Position numbers and translations under genes: made by a program
Source: Vermamoeba vermiformis
Taxonomy: Eukaryota
Assembly (NCBI GenBank): GCA_045837725.1
Contig: JBEWZL010000184.1
Span: forward strand, 372,001 to 436,000
DNA length: 64,000 nt
Reading direction: 5' to 3'
Shown: one piece after another, positions 14,911 through 29,402 of the stretch
Numbering within the stretch: the first letter of the stretch is position 1
Layout of the letters: each line of letters opens with the position of its first letter
The notes under the pieces: model-generated
Told to the model about the DNA's origin: nothing
Seen by the model: only the letters and a program-made list of their open reading frames with translations
Databases searched by the model: none

Positions 14911-16417
14911 TTAGAACAAAGCAAGCAAAGCACTACCAACAGCGACACTGGCGACAGCAACAGCAGATGCGGCGCTAGTTTTCTTGGTCGGAGTGCTGAC
15001 AGGGACTGTTGCTGCGACGGGTGCTTGAGGAATAACAGGAGCAGGACACGTGAGCGTTGCATTGCAGTAGTAAGGTGAGCCAAGGAGCGCTTCAAACTTG
15101 TAGCCAACGGTGAAAGTGTAGTCCTCGAACTTGACTCCTGTCACTGAACTTGACACTGTCGAACTGCACTCGGCGGATGCACCGGTCAAAGTGTACGGAT
15201 TGAGGTTCTCGAGATCTACCTGACAAGTGTCGGATTGGAGGCTAGAGCAAGTAGCTTCAGCTGGGGCAACGAGGCATGAAGGCGCGCTGTAGAATTTGCA
15301 TAAGGAGTCTGAAAGCTCATTACATCCGAGAAAAACTAATTTTTTGGTCGTAGTTTGGACTTGAGTACCAAAATATTGGTTCTCTTTGCTAGTGAACTTA
15401 GCAGTTGCACTCCAAGTGTTGTTTTGTTGTCGTTGGAAAACGTAAACAGATCCAAAAGGTTCAGATGTACCCGGGGAAACACCGCGTTTGAGATTTGTCT
15501 GGCCGTCAATCGATGCTGTTATGAGGACCGTATCGTTGTTGACGAATTTTACCCATCTGAAGTTCGGGAATAGCGTTGCGCCAATGTCGTAGGGATAAAA
15601 TTGTTGAACAATCCACTGCGATCCAACTTTCGTAAAAATTTCAATCAGGCCCATTGTGTTGCCGTTCACAATTTCTGAATGAGGAAGAGCAATTGTATCA
15701 ACACCGTTAAAGTCAAATATGGAGGTGCCATCCTGCGTCGGGGCTGTGAATTCGTCGACCAGATTCCAAGCAGATTGATCTTTTTTGTAGATTTGGAAGA
15801 GCATGGAAGAGTTGAACGAAACCAATGTGTCTAAATTGGCCCAAACACTGATACGATTGGTGCTTCCTACATAGATAGAATTGGGACTTTCAACGAAGGC
15901 TGAAGCTGAGTCGTTCCAATTATAAAATTTAATCGTGTCTCCTATTACCGCAACAATAGTACCGTCCTCTAGCATGTTGAGATAGTACGTAGTGCTATAG
16001 AAGACAACACTAGTCTCGTTATAAATGTTGTTGTCGGCATCCAACTGAAAAAGTTCAGCTCCGTATCCGCCAAGGTATCCATACCACTTGCCGTTTGTCA
16101 TCGTAAAATAGGTAATATAGTCTACCTTTTTAATAGCAACTTCCGAAAAAACGCCATCCGCACCGAGTTTTGAGACCACGAAGTAGTTGCCTGAGGTGTT
16201 TGCGGTAAAATAAACCAAAGAATCTCCATGCGCTGCGATAGGATAATTGGCTTGATCAAATACATATGAAGTGGCACTACTAGCATCGGTGGTGGCTTCT
16301 AAATGCTGTCGCAAAAAAATCTAAATCTCCAGATCAAAAAACCGTTACGGCTGTACTTACGACCAAACCATTCGCTGCCATAAAAGTAGCTACGAAAACA
16401 ATGTAGAAGAGGTTCAT
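14911..16417 (-). CDS. Secreted, probably GPI-anchored surface protein with beta-propeller/FG-GAP-like segments
   Basis: Signal-peptide exon MNLFYIVFVATFMAANGLV; GSVYVF and YFGTQV motifs; Cys-containing C-domain, P/T stalk, hydrophobic tail with no cytosolic part. Confidence 0.7.
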
Positions 16418-16682
16418 TGTGTTCTTCTTCGTCACAGGCAAAAAAAAAAAAATACAATTTGGTAAATCGTAATCACCTTATTTGGTCACTCCTAATAATG
16501 GATATCAGCAAGAATTTGCATGAATCAATAACTGTTCTTAACGGCAATGACTCTTTTCTAGTTGCGGTTAGATCCGTAAGCATATTTGTGTCGAGATCAG
16601 ATCCTGCTTACGAAAGTTAATCTTCTTCGAGGAGAGGATTGCGATTATTAGTGTAATCCAATTATATCTTAAATAAGGTGCT

Positions 16683-17814
16683 TTAATCATTCAAATCGAA
16701 TTCATAATACTCGTTTTTGTCCACAAGTACATCCGCTTGCGGAAACAATTCTTTAAGCTCGGTTTTGACTTTTTCTGTATCCGAATAACTAGTATAATCG
16801 CAAGCTCTAAGGTCAATAACTTGAAGTCGTGCGCATAAGTCGAAAAAAGCTGAGGTTTTGGACAAATTGCTGAATCTGATTTTAACGTGCGAATCTCGGA
16901 TGGCCAAGTAAGCCATACTAGAGCCTAAAGAATGCATTGCCTTGCCGCTGCCAATATTGTAAATAAATTCTCCTCCAATGAAGCTCAAAGCTTTCAAATT
17001 CTTCGCAGTTTTCAAAATCATAACCAGATCGAATTCGCTGACGGCAAATCCTCTGAATGTAATCGCCTTTAAGCTGGAACAAGCGCTGAAGTCGATACCA
17101 TGATATAGAACTAATGGTACAGTATCTCGGATCAAGCGTGGTTCACCGTAGTAATTCGGCCTGATTAGCACATCTGCTTTTTCGCTCTGGATCTCCAAAA
17201 CTTTAAGACTAGTAGTGTACCATAATAGCCTAGCATACAAACTATTAGTATAACGCTCAAAATCCGAGGGCAAAGAAGAAATTATCGAAAATGAACCGCG
17301 GATCCAAGCCCGGTATTTTTTGCCGTTATATTACCTTTGTATGTCTTCTAATCGCAAATTTGATATTTTTAGACTTCTAATTTCATTAAGGAAACCAGGG
17401 TACGTTGTCAGAGCGTCAATGTACTCGTCTTTAATTTCCAGCGAATCCATCGGTCATCTCGATCTCGAAGTGAGGTACTTTTTGAGGGCTTAATTCGACT
17501 TTTTGAAATAGGAAATGAAATAATTTGAATTCTTTCTGCGGTTTAGTATCATCTACTGGTGCTGGAACTGGATCGCTGAACAGATCTGTCATTAACGGAT
17601 CGTAACTGGCTTTGTCGGCAGTTTTTGTGATAATTTCCGAGAATTCATTCGCTCCCAGACTCATTGTAAATGTCCACGCATTGATGTTCCAATAATGACT
17701 TGTTGATGCGAGCCTAAATATTTTAATCTAATTAGATCAGCTAGAAGAAGGTGGCTTGATTTGATTATCGAATAGGTATAGTTACTACGAGTTGTTTGGT
17801 GTATTAAATGTCAT
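16683..17814 (-). CDS. LRR (RNI-like) protein with possible degenerate F-box, paralog A; start uncertain
   Basis: LKVLEI/LKALSF/LQVIDLRAC repeats; ASTSHYWNINAWTFTMSL aligns with paralog B. Confidence 0.6.
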
Positions 17815-18619
17815 TAACGGCCGAAAAGTCTGCACCGTAAAAAAATAAACCGAGAATAAATCAACTAATTAATTTTAAGGTATTTGTAAAACAATTTTAG
17901 CTGTCTTATATAGCATGAGTTAATGTGATATATTAAATAGTTATAATTGGTATTAATTTAATCCGTGAAACTGACTTACATGACCAGATCTTGCAACTTG
18001 ATGCACGAGAAAATTAATACTTGAAGCTCGAATGGTATCTGCGACAATAAATCTTCATAGAGATATTCAGATTTGTCGTCCATAATGCTAAATAATTAAA
18101 ATCTTCTTGTGTAATCGCTGTGTAAAGCAGATCTTCGAACGAGGTCAGTTCAGCGGAAAAACTGCGTGCTAATAGTTGGAAGATAAATGCTGGTGTGTTG
18201 TGCTTGTAATTAAGCAACAGAAATTATGCTAATTTTGGTTTCAAAACCGGATATTTGTGAATTGTTTTTCGTGGATCTTTCTGTTATTGCAAGTACCAAA
18301 TATAGGACTCTTAAAACCTCTAAATTCCAAGAACGTTAACCAGTACCACATGCGGTCTTTAGTTGCTAGAAACGTAGTATTAATTTAAAGTACCAGCGGT
18401 AAACCCGAGATCAACGTTCAATTTCATGTTCCGAAGTACTGTGTATTCAGAAGTTATAATTTTTATTAATAAAATGGTTCATAGAGTTGACGAGGCAGCT
18501 CTTCTTCTTCTTCTGACTCGCTGTCGTTTGGATTTGGTAAACACCATAGTTTCAAGCCTGGAAGTCCGTGTTCTCGCGCCATCATCCCACGACTTCGAAA
18601 GAGGATCTTTCGGAGATAT

Positions 18620-19640
18620 TTAGGCAATTTTTCTACCGAAAATTCTGAAGTTTTTCCGGGATCCGGTGCCAGTCACATCCAGTACTTTTAGATTCGGCCA
18701 ATTGTCCTTCAAATAAGTCGGAATAGCGTTGAATCTTGATAGTAATTGTATATTGACAAAGCCTAAGTACGTTAGATGCGGAAAACATGATCTAGGGTTA
18801 ATGTAGCGCATAGCTGCAGATTCGAATTTTAAGGCGCGTAAAGTCTTTGGAAATCTGTGGTCGATGAGTATTTCTGGTTCAAAATTGCAGTTAGCCATTG
18901 TCAGTGATGTTAAATTGTCGAATTTGTTTTCGATAGCGTTCACAACGAGCTGGTAATTCGAATCCGGAATGGCTCTCAAATCCAAAACTTCCAAAGATCT
19001 CGCCAATTTGAGCACCCTTAAATAATAATAAGAAAATATGCATCTATGTAATCAATAGTATAATGTTGGCTATTCAAATGCGTTACCTAGCTAGATCCAT
19101 GTTGCTTAAATGAATTAATTTTAATTGCTTGAGTTGTTTCATGAATCCAGGGTACTTTTCAAGCGCGCCAAGTAGATCGAGTTTAATATCACTCCATCCA
19201 TCTAATGATCCATCAAGAGTAAAGTAATCTACTTGTAAAATACTTCGCTCGATCCGCTCGAATAAAAAATCAAAAACTTGGAATTGATTAACTTGTATAT
19301 CTTGCGTTGAAGGAGCTACTGCATCGCTAAATAAGTCTAATGCCATATTTGGATCGAAACTAGCGTGATTAGCGACTTTTTTGACAAGTTGTTGAAATTC
19401 TGCTGGATCCAGCGTCACGATGAAAGCCCATGCATTTAATCTCCAATATTGACACGTTGATGAAAATCTGCAAGATGTTATTATAACGTTCAATTAGCCT
19501 CCAAAAAAGTTAATTTTCAAATTAAATCAAGTAATCAGTTAAAATGTTGCAACGTGATTAACTTTCTTACGTAAGTTATGCCATAAGAAAAATATTTAAG
19601 AAATAATTTTCGAATGCTTACAATACGAGGTCTGTCACCG
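18620..19640 (-). CDS. LRR (RNI-like) protein with possible degenerate F-box, paralog B; start uncertain
   Basis: LEVLDLR/LTSLTMANC/LKVLDVTG repeats; FSSTCQYWRLNAWAFIVTL and SFDPNMALDLFSD match paralog A. Confidence 0.6.
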
Positions 19641-19886
19641 ATGAAAAACAAAAAATGTTGATCTGCAGTTCTAACGGCAAGAAGATAAATAATCCTGCAT
19701 TTTCTTCACTATTTTGCTCCATATTATCTTATTAATAAGGAAGGTATGCGTTTGTTTTTGTGCAATGTAGAAAATTACAACAAAAATTTGATCCAAAAAC
19801 GTCTTGTAACGACTGACTCGCGCAAAATTTATATTAATAAATAATACTTTATTTGTACAGAATTATATTGAGAGTACTGTGATATT

Positions 19887-22800
19887 TTACCACGCGAAAG
19901 CTCTGCTGAATTTGCTCTGCGGGTACTTTCTCGTGATAGCTTTACGGATTTCAGCCCAAGGCCAAATAATCACGACCATGCCCAAGTTAACCAACCAATA
20001 GTAACCGTCCACATTGGCAGAACCGAACGGGAAGTGCAAGAACGGCACGTAGACGACGATGACCAACAAACAAACTTCGATGATGACACCCATGTTCATG
20101 GTCCAGTTGCGCATGTTGTGCTTGAACAAGGAAATGACACGTGTCTTGCACATCCAGACGTGCCAGAACTGACACATGACCAGTGTGATCCAATAGCCCG
20201 ATTGGACTTCAGCGAGAATGTTGGCTTGGTCTTCAGCTGTGAATGTCAAGTCTCCAACGGTGAAGTTTTGAGCACCAGAGTTGATCCAATGGGTATCAGA
20301 GCTGAAGGGCAGAGAGGAAGCGGGAATACCGTACTTCATGAAGATCAAGAAGTAGGTCAAGAACGACAAGCCAGTAATGACAAGACCAGCTTGGAGGTAT
20401 GAGTAGAGCAACAACTGCAAGTTGACCAAGTGATCGCGCTTGACATCACGAGGCTTACGCTTCATGATATCACCTTCGGGAGTCTCGTAGGCGAATGAAA
20501 TAGCAGGAGCCAATTCAGTACCGCAATCGATGAGAAGAATCAAAATGGAGTTCATGGCGATGGGAATGCCAAAGGCCAAAGTACAGAGCACAGGCACGAT
20601 TTCAGGGGCCAAGTGAGCCAAAGTGTAAGCAATGGTCTTCTTCAAGTTGTCGTAAATGACACGACCTTCGCGGATACCGACGATGATTGAAGGGAAGTTG
20701 TCGTCCAGCAAGACGACTTCAGCGGCTTCACGAGCGACGTCAGAGCCAGAGATACCCATAGCAACACCAAGATCAGCTTGCTTAAGAGCAGGTGAGTCGT
20801 TGACACCGTCACCAGTGACAGCGACGACATTGCCACGGCGTTGGTTGTTCTTGACGATTTCGAGCTTTTGTTGAGGAGAAGTACGAGCAAAGACAATCTC
20901 GGGCTTGCTCAAGATGTGGTCCCAATCGTCTTCAGTCAAGTTATCAATCTCAGAACCAGGGACGACAACTGCACCAAACTCGTCGTGAGTGACTTCTTTG
21001 GGATCAACACCACGCATCTTGGCAACTTCTTCACGGGTACGCTCGACACCAATGATGCCGACTTTACGAGCGATAGCTTCAGCAGTGAAGGGGTGATCAC
21101 CAGTGACCATGATAACCTTGATGCCGGCTTCGTGGCAAGTTTGAATGGCCTCGGGGACACCTTCACGAGGAGGATCTTCGAGGGAGATCAAGCCAACAAA
21201 AGTGTAGCCTTCAGTAGGGAAGTTGGGGTGGAGTTCGTCGTACTTGACGTGAGGCTCAGGCAAGAACTTCTTTTGAGCGAAACCGAGCACACGCTCACCA
21301 GCACCACCAAAGGTCTTATAGGCACGATCGTATTGCTCTCTGAAGGCATCGTCGATAACAATCTTGCGACCGTTGATGAGAGCCTTCTTGCACTTGAGGA
21401 GAATACGCTCAGGAGCACCCTTGATGACCAACAAGTGCTTCTTCTTGGCGTTGCGGGTGTCGTGAATGGAGAGTTGCCACTTGTTAGTGGAGTTGAAGGG
21501 AATCTCGAAGACTTTAGGGAAGCGAGCGCGAATGGTGTCGACATCGGCAAAAGTGCTGGTGTAGCGGAACAAAGCAGTTTCAGAGGCATCACCGACGATA
21601 ATTTTGCCAGCAGTCTCAATGCGGGCCTCGTTCTCGAAGTTGATCAATTCCAAACTCTGCTTGCCACGGTCGCCACCCTCCATGCTAGGGCGGCCTTCAA
21701 CTCTGCCTCCTTCAAGGCTAGGACGACCTTCAGCGCGGCCACCCTCCATGCTCGGTCTGTAAGTAGGACCAGCACGGTTGTTTCCACGTTGAAGACGGAC
21801 TTCGAACTTGTTGTCTTCAGTCAATTCAATGCTAGGGCGAGGACCAGTCCGGTTGCGTTCAAAAGAAGGACGAACGTCAGTGAAACCTTCACGCTCCAAG
21901 CTGCGGCGACGATCTTCCAGACCTTCTTCGTGCTCAGGATCAGCGGGCTTGTCGAAGTAAGCTCTGTTGCAGAGGGCTGCAATACGGAACAAAGTCAAGT
22001 AGGTCTTGGAGTGAATGAACTGGTTGCCAAGGTCCATAGTGCTCTTCGCAGGCAAGAAGCTTTGATCGAACCACATGTTCATGACAGTCATTTGATTCAT
22101 TGTCAAAGTACCAGTCTTGTCTGAGCAAATCACGTTGGCGGCACCAAGAGTCTCGACGGTGTTCATACGCTTGACGAGCACGTTCTTCTTTGCCAAACGG
22201 TTGCTAGCAATAGACAAGCAAGACGTGACAGTTGCGGGCAAACCCTAGGAGAGGAAAAATTAATTAAAATGAATTGTTAGTTGAAGAGTCGAGTTTACGT
22301 ACTTGAGGAATGTTGGCAATGAGCACGACGATGAAACCGTTAATGAAGGCGAACAAAGGAGGCACACCAGTGGCAATACCAATGACGAAGAAGACGATAG
22401 CCATGATAATTGCCATACAAGAGATGATGAAGACGAAACGCTTGACTTCAACGACGAGTGTAGGCTCACCGGGGTTACCCAACAAACCGCACAACTTGCC
22501 CTTCTTGTGGACATTGGTCTTCTTGGAGGCAAGACCGGCAATTTTACCGATCAAAGTTCCATCTCCAGTCTAAAGAACGACAAAATTAATCACGTGCATT
22601 CATAGAAATCAGCACCATTGCTCTACTTACACGAACGACAATGCCGTAAGCTTCTCCGTTGATCATCAAAGAGCCGCTGAAAGCCAAGTTCTTAGTCTCG
22701 ACGATACGTTCGCTAGTGCACTCCACGATCATGGGCTCAGGCTCGGCTTCACCAGTCATGGAAGAGCGCTCGACTTTGGCATTGGAGGCCCAAATGACAC

Positions 22801-24050
22801 GAAGGTCAGCAGGTACTTTGTCACCAATGGCAATGTGCACAATGTCTCCCCTGACAAGATTGGCTGCGTTGAGGGTTTGTTCTCGTCCGTCTCGAATGAC
22901 TTTACAGTTGGTAGGCAACAAGGATCTATATTTAAAGGTTAATTAAGTGCTTAAAAGTGGTGATTCAGTTTGTGATCTGGCGCGCGAGTGATCCATTCCA
23001 ATTTCAATTATCAAAAATTTAGAAATTACCTGAAAACCTTCATCACACGGTCGGCTTTACGTCCTTGCATAAACTCTACGAATACTGTAATAATGACGAT
23101 ACCAAACAAAATGCAACCAAGCACCAAGTTGATAGTGACTGTTTGATCCAAAGCCCAGGCAATAATTGACAAAGCACCAGCGACCATCAATAAAATCATG
23201 AAGACATTGGTAAAGCCTTCCAAAAATTTTACGATAGCGGGCACCTGCTTGGGAGGAGTCAAAGCGTTTGGTCCATCTCGAGCCAAACGTTCAGCAGCCT
23301 CGACTGTAGTCAAGCCAGGGCCGTCAGCTGGCTTCTCGAGGTTGACTTCAACGTGGTGAAGCTCTGCAACCTCTTTCGGGCTCATTTTGTGCTCTGTAAT
23401 GTCGCTACCCTTGCCTCCCTCTTCGCCCGCTACTGCCACTTTGACATCTGCTCCTTCTTTTTTGTCAGCCTTCTCATCTTTGTCCGTCTTTGCGCTGCCA
23501 TTAATTGGTTCTTTGACGGGCGTAGGAGCTTCAGCAACTGGTTGCTTTTGTTCGGCTGATCGGGCTTTGTCGTTATTCGTGGATTCTTCTGAAGAGCTGG
23601 AGCTTGAGCTAGAAGAGCTGGAGCTAGATGACGATGAACTAGCTTGTTTCTCAACTTTAATTCCGACCTTAGGCTGCTTTTCAGGTGACGAAGAAGATTT
23701 TCGAGATGAAGATTTGGAACTCGAAACGGGAGGCTCATCTGCCCACAAAAATTAAATTAAATTTAAGATCGCTCAAATACGTTCACTAAGGACTTACCTG
23801 CTACGTTCTGCTTGCCTTGCGATGAGGAAGCAGTTGATCGTTTGTCGGATGAAGAGCTGGATGATGCTTCCAAGTGTTGCTGAGGCGCAGGAACTTGTAC
23901 ATCTTGCTTCTCTTGCGATTTGCTAGTGGACTTAGACTTTTGCGACTTGCTAGAAGAAGCAGAGGGCGAGGACACAGCTGAAACAGATTTGCTGCTCTTG
24001 CTGGAAGAGCTTTCCGACGACGAAGACGAATCAGATGACGACGAACTCAT
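19887..24050 (-). CDS. P-type ATPase IIC (Na+/K+-ATPase alpha-like), 5 exons, Ser-rich N-terminus
   Basis: GPNALTPPK, CSDKTGTLT, GDASETAL, EIPFNSTNKWQLSIH, KGAPERIL, GERVLGF, FARTSPQQK, TGDGVNDSPALK, DNLKKTIAYTL. Confidence 0.95.
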
Positions 24051-24379
24051 CGCGGGAAGATGTTCCAGAAAGCTAACTGCTATAGAGTTGTGGCTCTCGG
24101 TTGAAACGATGTAAAAAAAAGATGGATCGCGTAAAACCGTTTTTTTTATCTTTCAGCAAAATTTTGAATTCCTCCTTTTTCTTCGCAAGCACATGATTTC
24201 GGATTCGCACATTCGAGATAATTCGTATATTTAGACCTTTGTATGGTCATACAAAGGCTAAGATTACGCCTTTTTAATTAATGAATAAACTGGCGGCAAA
24301 ATAAACCCTATTTAATTTACAATCGTACACGTAAAGCTTTAAAACAAATAAATAATAGATTTAGGCACGCACAATCATA

Positions 24380-27300
24380 TTATTTAGCTGCCGAAGGAGT
24401 GCTTTCAAACTTTTGAAGCAGCGCTTGAACTCCGGATTCGGTTCGCCCTTGTGTCACGCTAACTGATTCTCTTGTCTGTAATATGCGCATTTGTGGTCTT
24501 TGGGGATTGGAGACCGATTTAGCGGCAAATCGTTGCGGGATGTTGTTTGGATTGGGTCGGACCATCTTTCTCTTCAGCGCTTCGAGTTTTCGAGCAACTT
24601 CTTGGAATGTCGGGCGCTTAGTAGGATCATTATCCCAACACGCTTGTAGCAGCTCGACGTACTCCACAGAAACGTTGTTAGGATCGTTTTCTAAAAATGG
24701 AACGATTAATGATCCGGCCGGGAATTAAATTTTAGTCTTTCAAACGTACCTTGGAGCTTCGGAATTGCAGGTCTCTTTCCTGAGACTACTGCTGCCTCAA
24801 TATCGCTCATGAAATTCATCTAGAATGCAATTGGTGTGAGTGGAAGATCCGAATCGGAATACCAGCATCCACTAATTACCTCGCCGAAATAGTCTTCTCT
24901 GCTCATCATTTCCCATAATATGACACCGAAACTATAGATATCTATTGTTTACCGTGATTAGCAAATTTAACCAAGCTATTTCAGACCGGATTCACATACC
25001 AACTGCTTCATTGTAGTCTTTACGCAACATAATCTCGGGAGCGAGCCAAACAGGGTTCTGGCCAACAAGTTTTTTGCTGTCTAGCTCGCCAGTGAATGTC
25101 AGGGAGCGAGACAAGCCGAAATCTGCTACCTTGCCCTTCACAACTCTGCCATCAATTACAAAGCCTTCCTCATTAGGGTCAGGGAACTATGGATGCATTA
25201 TTAGTTATAGGCTTAAAGGGTCGCTGCCCTAATAATCGTAATTACGGACACAGAATTTCGTTCGAAACACGCAAAAACGAAAGATCACGTCCCAAAAACG
25301 TACCTCGGGGCAAGTTAGCAAAATGTTAGGACTCTTTAAGTCTCGGTGCACGATTGGCGGTACTGTTTGATGTAAGAACTGCATAGCTCTTGCAATATCG
25401 CTCGCGATGTAGATGCGGAATTTCCAGTCGACCACACGCTTGGGATCGTGCAAGTAGTCATATAAACTGCCCTGTAAGATAAAGAACGGCGATTTAGCAC
25501 TTTTAATAGCAAGAAGAGTTCACTTTGACTTACGTGGTTCATAAACTCGAGCACGAGACAGAACGGCTCCATGCAGATGCCTTTCAACACGACCAAGTTC
25601 TCGTTTTGCAAAGAGCTGAATCAAGTTAGTACCCAAAAATATAATTAAATAGAGCTATGCTTACCTCATGAGCCAAGCTTCTCTTCTAAACTCCGAAAAC
25701 ACATTCGCGCCAGAAGATCCGTCCATCGCATCCATTTTAATCTTTTTAATGGCCACTTTTTCTCCTCTCCATACTCCTTCATACACAGTCGCGTAAGCGC
25801 CTTCACCGAGAGTTCGTCCAAGCTCAAGCTCCTTATATACAATTCGTTCTTTGTTGAAGGCACTCATCGTAATGTCGGGCACGAGTGACGCGATGGGAAT
25901 TTGTTTCTCGCCTGAGGGACAAGTAGCGACCTGTGATTGATTCTGTACAAGCTCTTCCAACTCGGCTACATCAAAAGTGCGTTATTAGCATCAAGCATAA
26001 TACAATAATATCGATGTAACTTACAAAATTCAAATAAGTGAGCGGACTTCTCGTCGCCATGTTGCAAGCAATGTGAGCAAGGCACTTTGACCTTGACTTT
26101 CACCATGAGCCAGTCATTGACAAGCGTGTTGATGGCCTCGTCGAGTTCGATCAATTTGACGACTTGTTGAGGTCCTCTGATGAACAGTTTGAGGCGTGAA
26201 GAGTCCGAGTCTACAGTCAAGAAGACACGCACTCCAGGGGACTTGAAAACAATGCCTGATCGCCAGTAGCATTGGGGCTAGCGGTGTTACGTTAGATAAT
26301 GCAATCACAAGGTTAAAGGTCCTTACCTCAAACTGTGACGAGTTCAACAATCGCACCATCAACTTGCTGAACAGACCAACTGGCAAGAATTCGAATTGGT
26401 AATATCTATTTGCACGAGTTAGATATGAATAGTACTGCTGCATTTTCAGGCTAACGCTTACCTTGCAAGTTGAGTTTCAATGCCAACATCATTCCAGTAC
26501 GTGCTGAAGTCGTCTGGTTGCTTGTCGGGAAGCATCCAAGGAATGAGTAATGTACCAGCGGAGCTACAGGTAAAAGTTATGAGTAAGAGATGGCTTACAG
26601 ATATGATGCAGATGAACTTACTCTAATTTGTAGCTAATTTCGAATTTTTCCAAAATCTTCAATAACATCGGGTGCAAGGACTCAGGATACTTAGGAGGTT
26701 TCCACACGTGCACGAAAGCACTAGGTTTCATCTTTCCGTCTTTGGCGTATTGATTTTTCATAGAGACAATCGTCGAGAACACTTGCGTTAGCCACTGACT
26801 GTCGAGAATAACCATTTGATCGAGTCCTGATTTTTGGTCGTTGAAATAGACCTGTAATAAAATATATTAGACTGTTTATAGCGATAAAAAAAAGACTTAC
26901 TATAACACCCATTGAATATAAGAACTGCGTGGCTTGATTGATGTCGTCTTCAGTGGTCAGCTTGCACGCTTCGAGGATCTTCAAGTATGCTTCTCTATTG
27001 ATAATAGGCGGCATTGGGTTGGTGTTTTTCAAAGCGATAATCTTTTCTTCGAGCGTTCCGAAATTAGCGGGAATAGCTTCTTCGGTCATGTGAGGCTGTT
27101 GCATAGTAATTTCGATCAACTTCTTGCGTAGCTTTGAAATGTTAGTGCCGGTAGTGGTGCTGACGTCAATATGATAGACTAAATTCTGGAATCGTTTCTT
27201 GTAGCGGATGCGCTTCAAGATGCTATTGAAGGTATTCTCAACCTCTCTGTATAAGAGTCGTTAATACTAGTACTATAATAGTGTATATTTACGTACTCTT

Positions 27301-29402
27301 TGGTGCATTCGTCGGTTCTGGTACCAACGAGGACGATTGGTGAGTCTCCAGTACGCGCCTTCAAACCTTGAAGCCAGTACTCGATTAAACAGTTCTCTTC
27401 TTCTGGTCTCTTCAAGTTAAACACGATGACGTAAAGAGAACGACGAGATAAGAAGAATTGATGCGTAGCATAATAAACTTCCTGAAAACAATGAACTTGT
27501 TAGTTGGATCGAGAAAAAAGTTTTAGGCAGGATAAAGCATAATGCGAGTATATATTATTAGCTTATAATAATGAAAATTTCTTTTACCTGGCCTGCAAAG
27601 TCCCAAGCTGAAAAATGTAATCGCTCGTTGTTTGGAATAATTTCTTTGTCTTTAACAGACCACTCTGAGATATCGATACCATCTTAATAATATATATTAG
27701 TTATAGAAATATAGTAAAAGTTAACAAGTAGTAATACCAGTTGCTTGAGGCTTGCCGCTCATCATTTCGGGAGTAGATCCGGAGTTAGCCATAGAGGACG
27801 AAGAAGAAGATTGATTGCTCACAACACTATAGGACATTATTAATGTATGTCATAATATGCGGTTCATTAATCGTTTTAACGTACCCAATAGCGCCTTCCA
27901 AGAACGATCTGGCCGCGTTCTTTTTCTTTTGTTTCAAGGCGCGTAACAGCGATGTTTTACCGACGTCTCCATTGCCAACGAACATCAGCTTCATTCTGTA
28001 TCGTTTCTTAGCTTCACCAGAAAGTTGCAAGTTGCGGAAGTAAGGTAGCGGATCTGACTGAACTTCTTTAGGTAATCTGACCAAGAAGGGATTATCGGAG
28101 ACATCCAACTTCGTCAACTTGACGAGGGAGCCGAGCTTGACAGGGGACTCGGCAATCTTGTTACTTGATACATATAGCTCCTCGAGACCAAGGCACAAAG
28201 AGAGGGATCCAGGCAAAGATTTGATTTCGTTATTTCGGACGCTAAGAACTCTAAGCTTCGCTAGAGTACCTATAGTGCAAATAAGGACCATATTAGCGCA
28301 AAATATAATGTTAATTGTAGCGTTTTAAAGCTTAAAATTAAAAATTAAGAATCAATCGTGGTTATAAAACTCACCAATCTCGTCAGGAAGGGCTTGCAAA
28401 TTGTTATTATCCGCTATTAATGCGCACAGGTTCTCTAATTTCTTGATTTCTGCGGGAAGCGTCGTCAGCTTATTGTTTGAAACATCTATTTTTGTCAGAT
28501 GAGGGAAAAGCAGATGTGGCTTTAGTTCTGAAATTTCGCGATTTTGCAATAGCAACTCGGTAAGCTTTCCTGTTTTGCACTATAATAGATATCGAGTTAA
28601 TACACGTGCAATGTGCTTAAAAAGAAATAAGATTTCATTTTGGTCGTTGCATAAAAATTGCAAATAAATGATCTTTTGCGCTCGAAAAAATGAGTCTTTA
28701 AGTAATTACATCGTCATAGTAATTATTAAGCTAAGAAAAATATCTTTGATAGCCCTGTCAAACTATTATTGGCGCAGATTTTATCTCGCTATTTAATTTT
28801 ATATGAAAAGCTATATAGAGCGTAATTGGAGTATTACTCACGTAATTAAATATTACAGAAGCATAATTTGATTAAAAAAATAAATAAATCAATTTTAGAT
28901 AATTTCAGCTTACCTCCAAGACACGAGAATTTGCTGCCACTAAGTCCATAATAATTTCGAAATTTTCTGCAAGAGATTCATCGGTGAATGCGTCCCATTG
29001 AAGCTCATCCTCTTCCGCATTCTGTTTCAAGTATACGAAGAACGGAGCCTTTTGGTTTTTACCAAAGTTCTCGTATATTTTGAAATCTGTAATGCTGTAA
29101 TTATTTCTTAATGCATCAACTAATTGCTTGATATCCGCGTGGGCGAGCAGATTGCATCGGAGATCCAACGATTTCAAATTCACTGAGCCATCTTCCATTA
29201 ACTCTTTAAGTATGTCCACGCCATCTGAATTGAGATAATTATTTCTAATATTGATTTCTTTGATGCTCTGCTTTGCTTTAGTTGCAACTACTTCCAAAAT
29301 CTCTTTGACCGTTGATCCGCATAAGAAGTTGCCTTCGAGATTAAGAGAGGAATATGAACCATCGATTGCCCCTTTGAGGCTAGCAATGGCTTGGTCGTCC
29401 AT
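24380..29402 (-). CDS. Roco protein kinase (LRR-ROC-COR-TKL kinase), Pats1/QkgA-like
   Basis: Two LRR blocks; KLMFVGNGDVGKTSLL, WDFAGQEVYYATHQFF, LVGTRTD; COR ILDSQWL and FLPVGLFSKLMVR; kinase GEGAYATV, HRDLKSPNIL, DFGLSR. Confidence 0.95.

Noticed and set aside
20841-22124. 427-aa plus-strand ORF
   Set aside because: Antisense shadow of the codon-biased P2C ATPase; no independent protein features.
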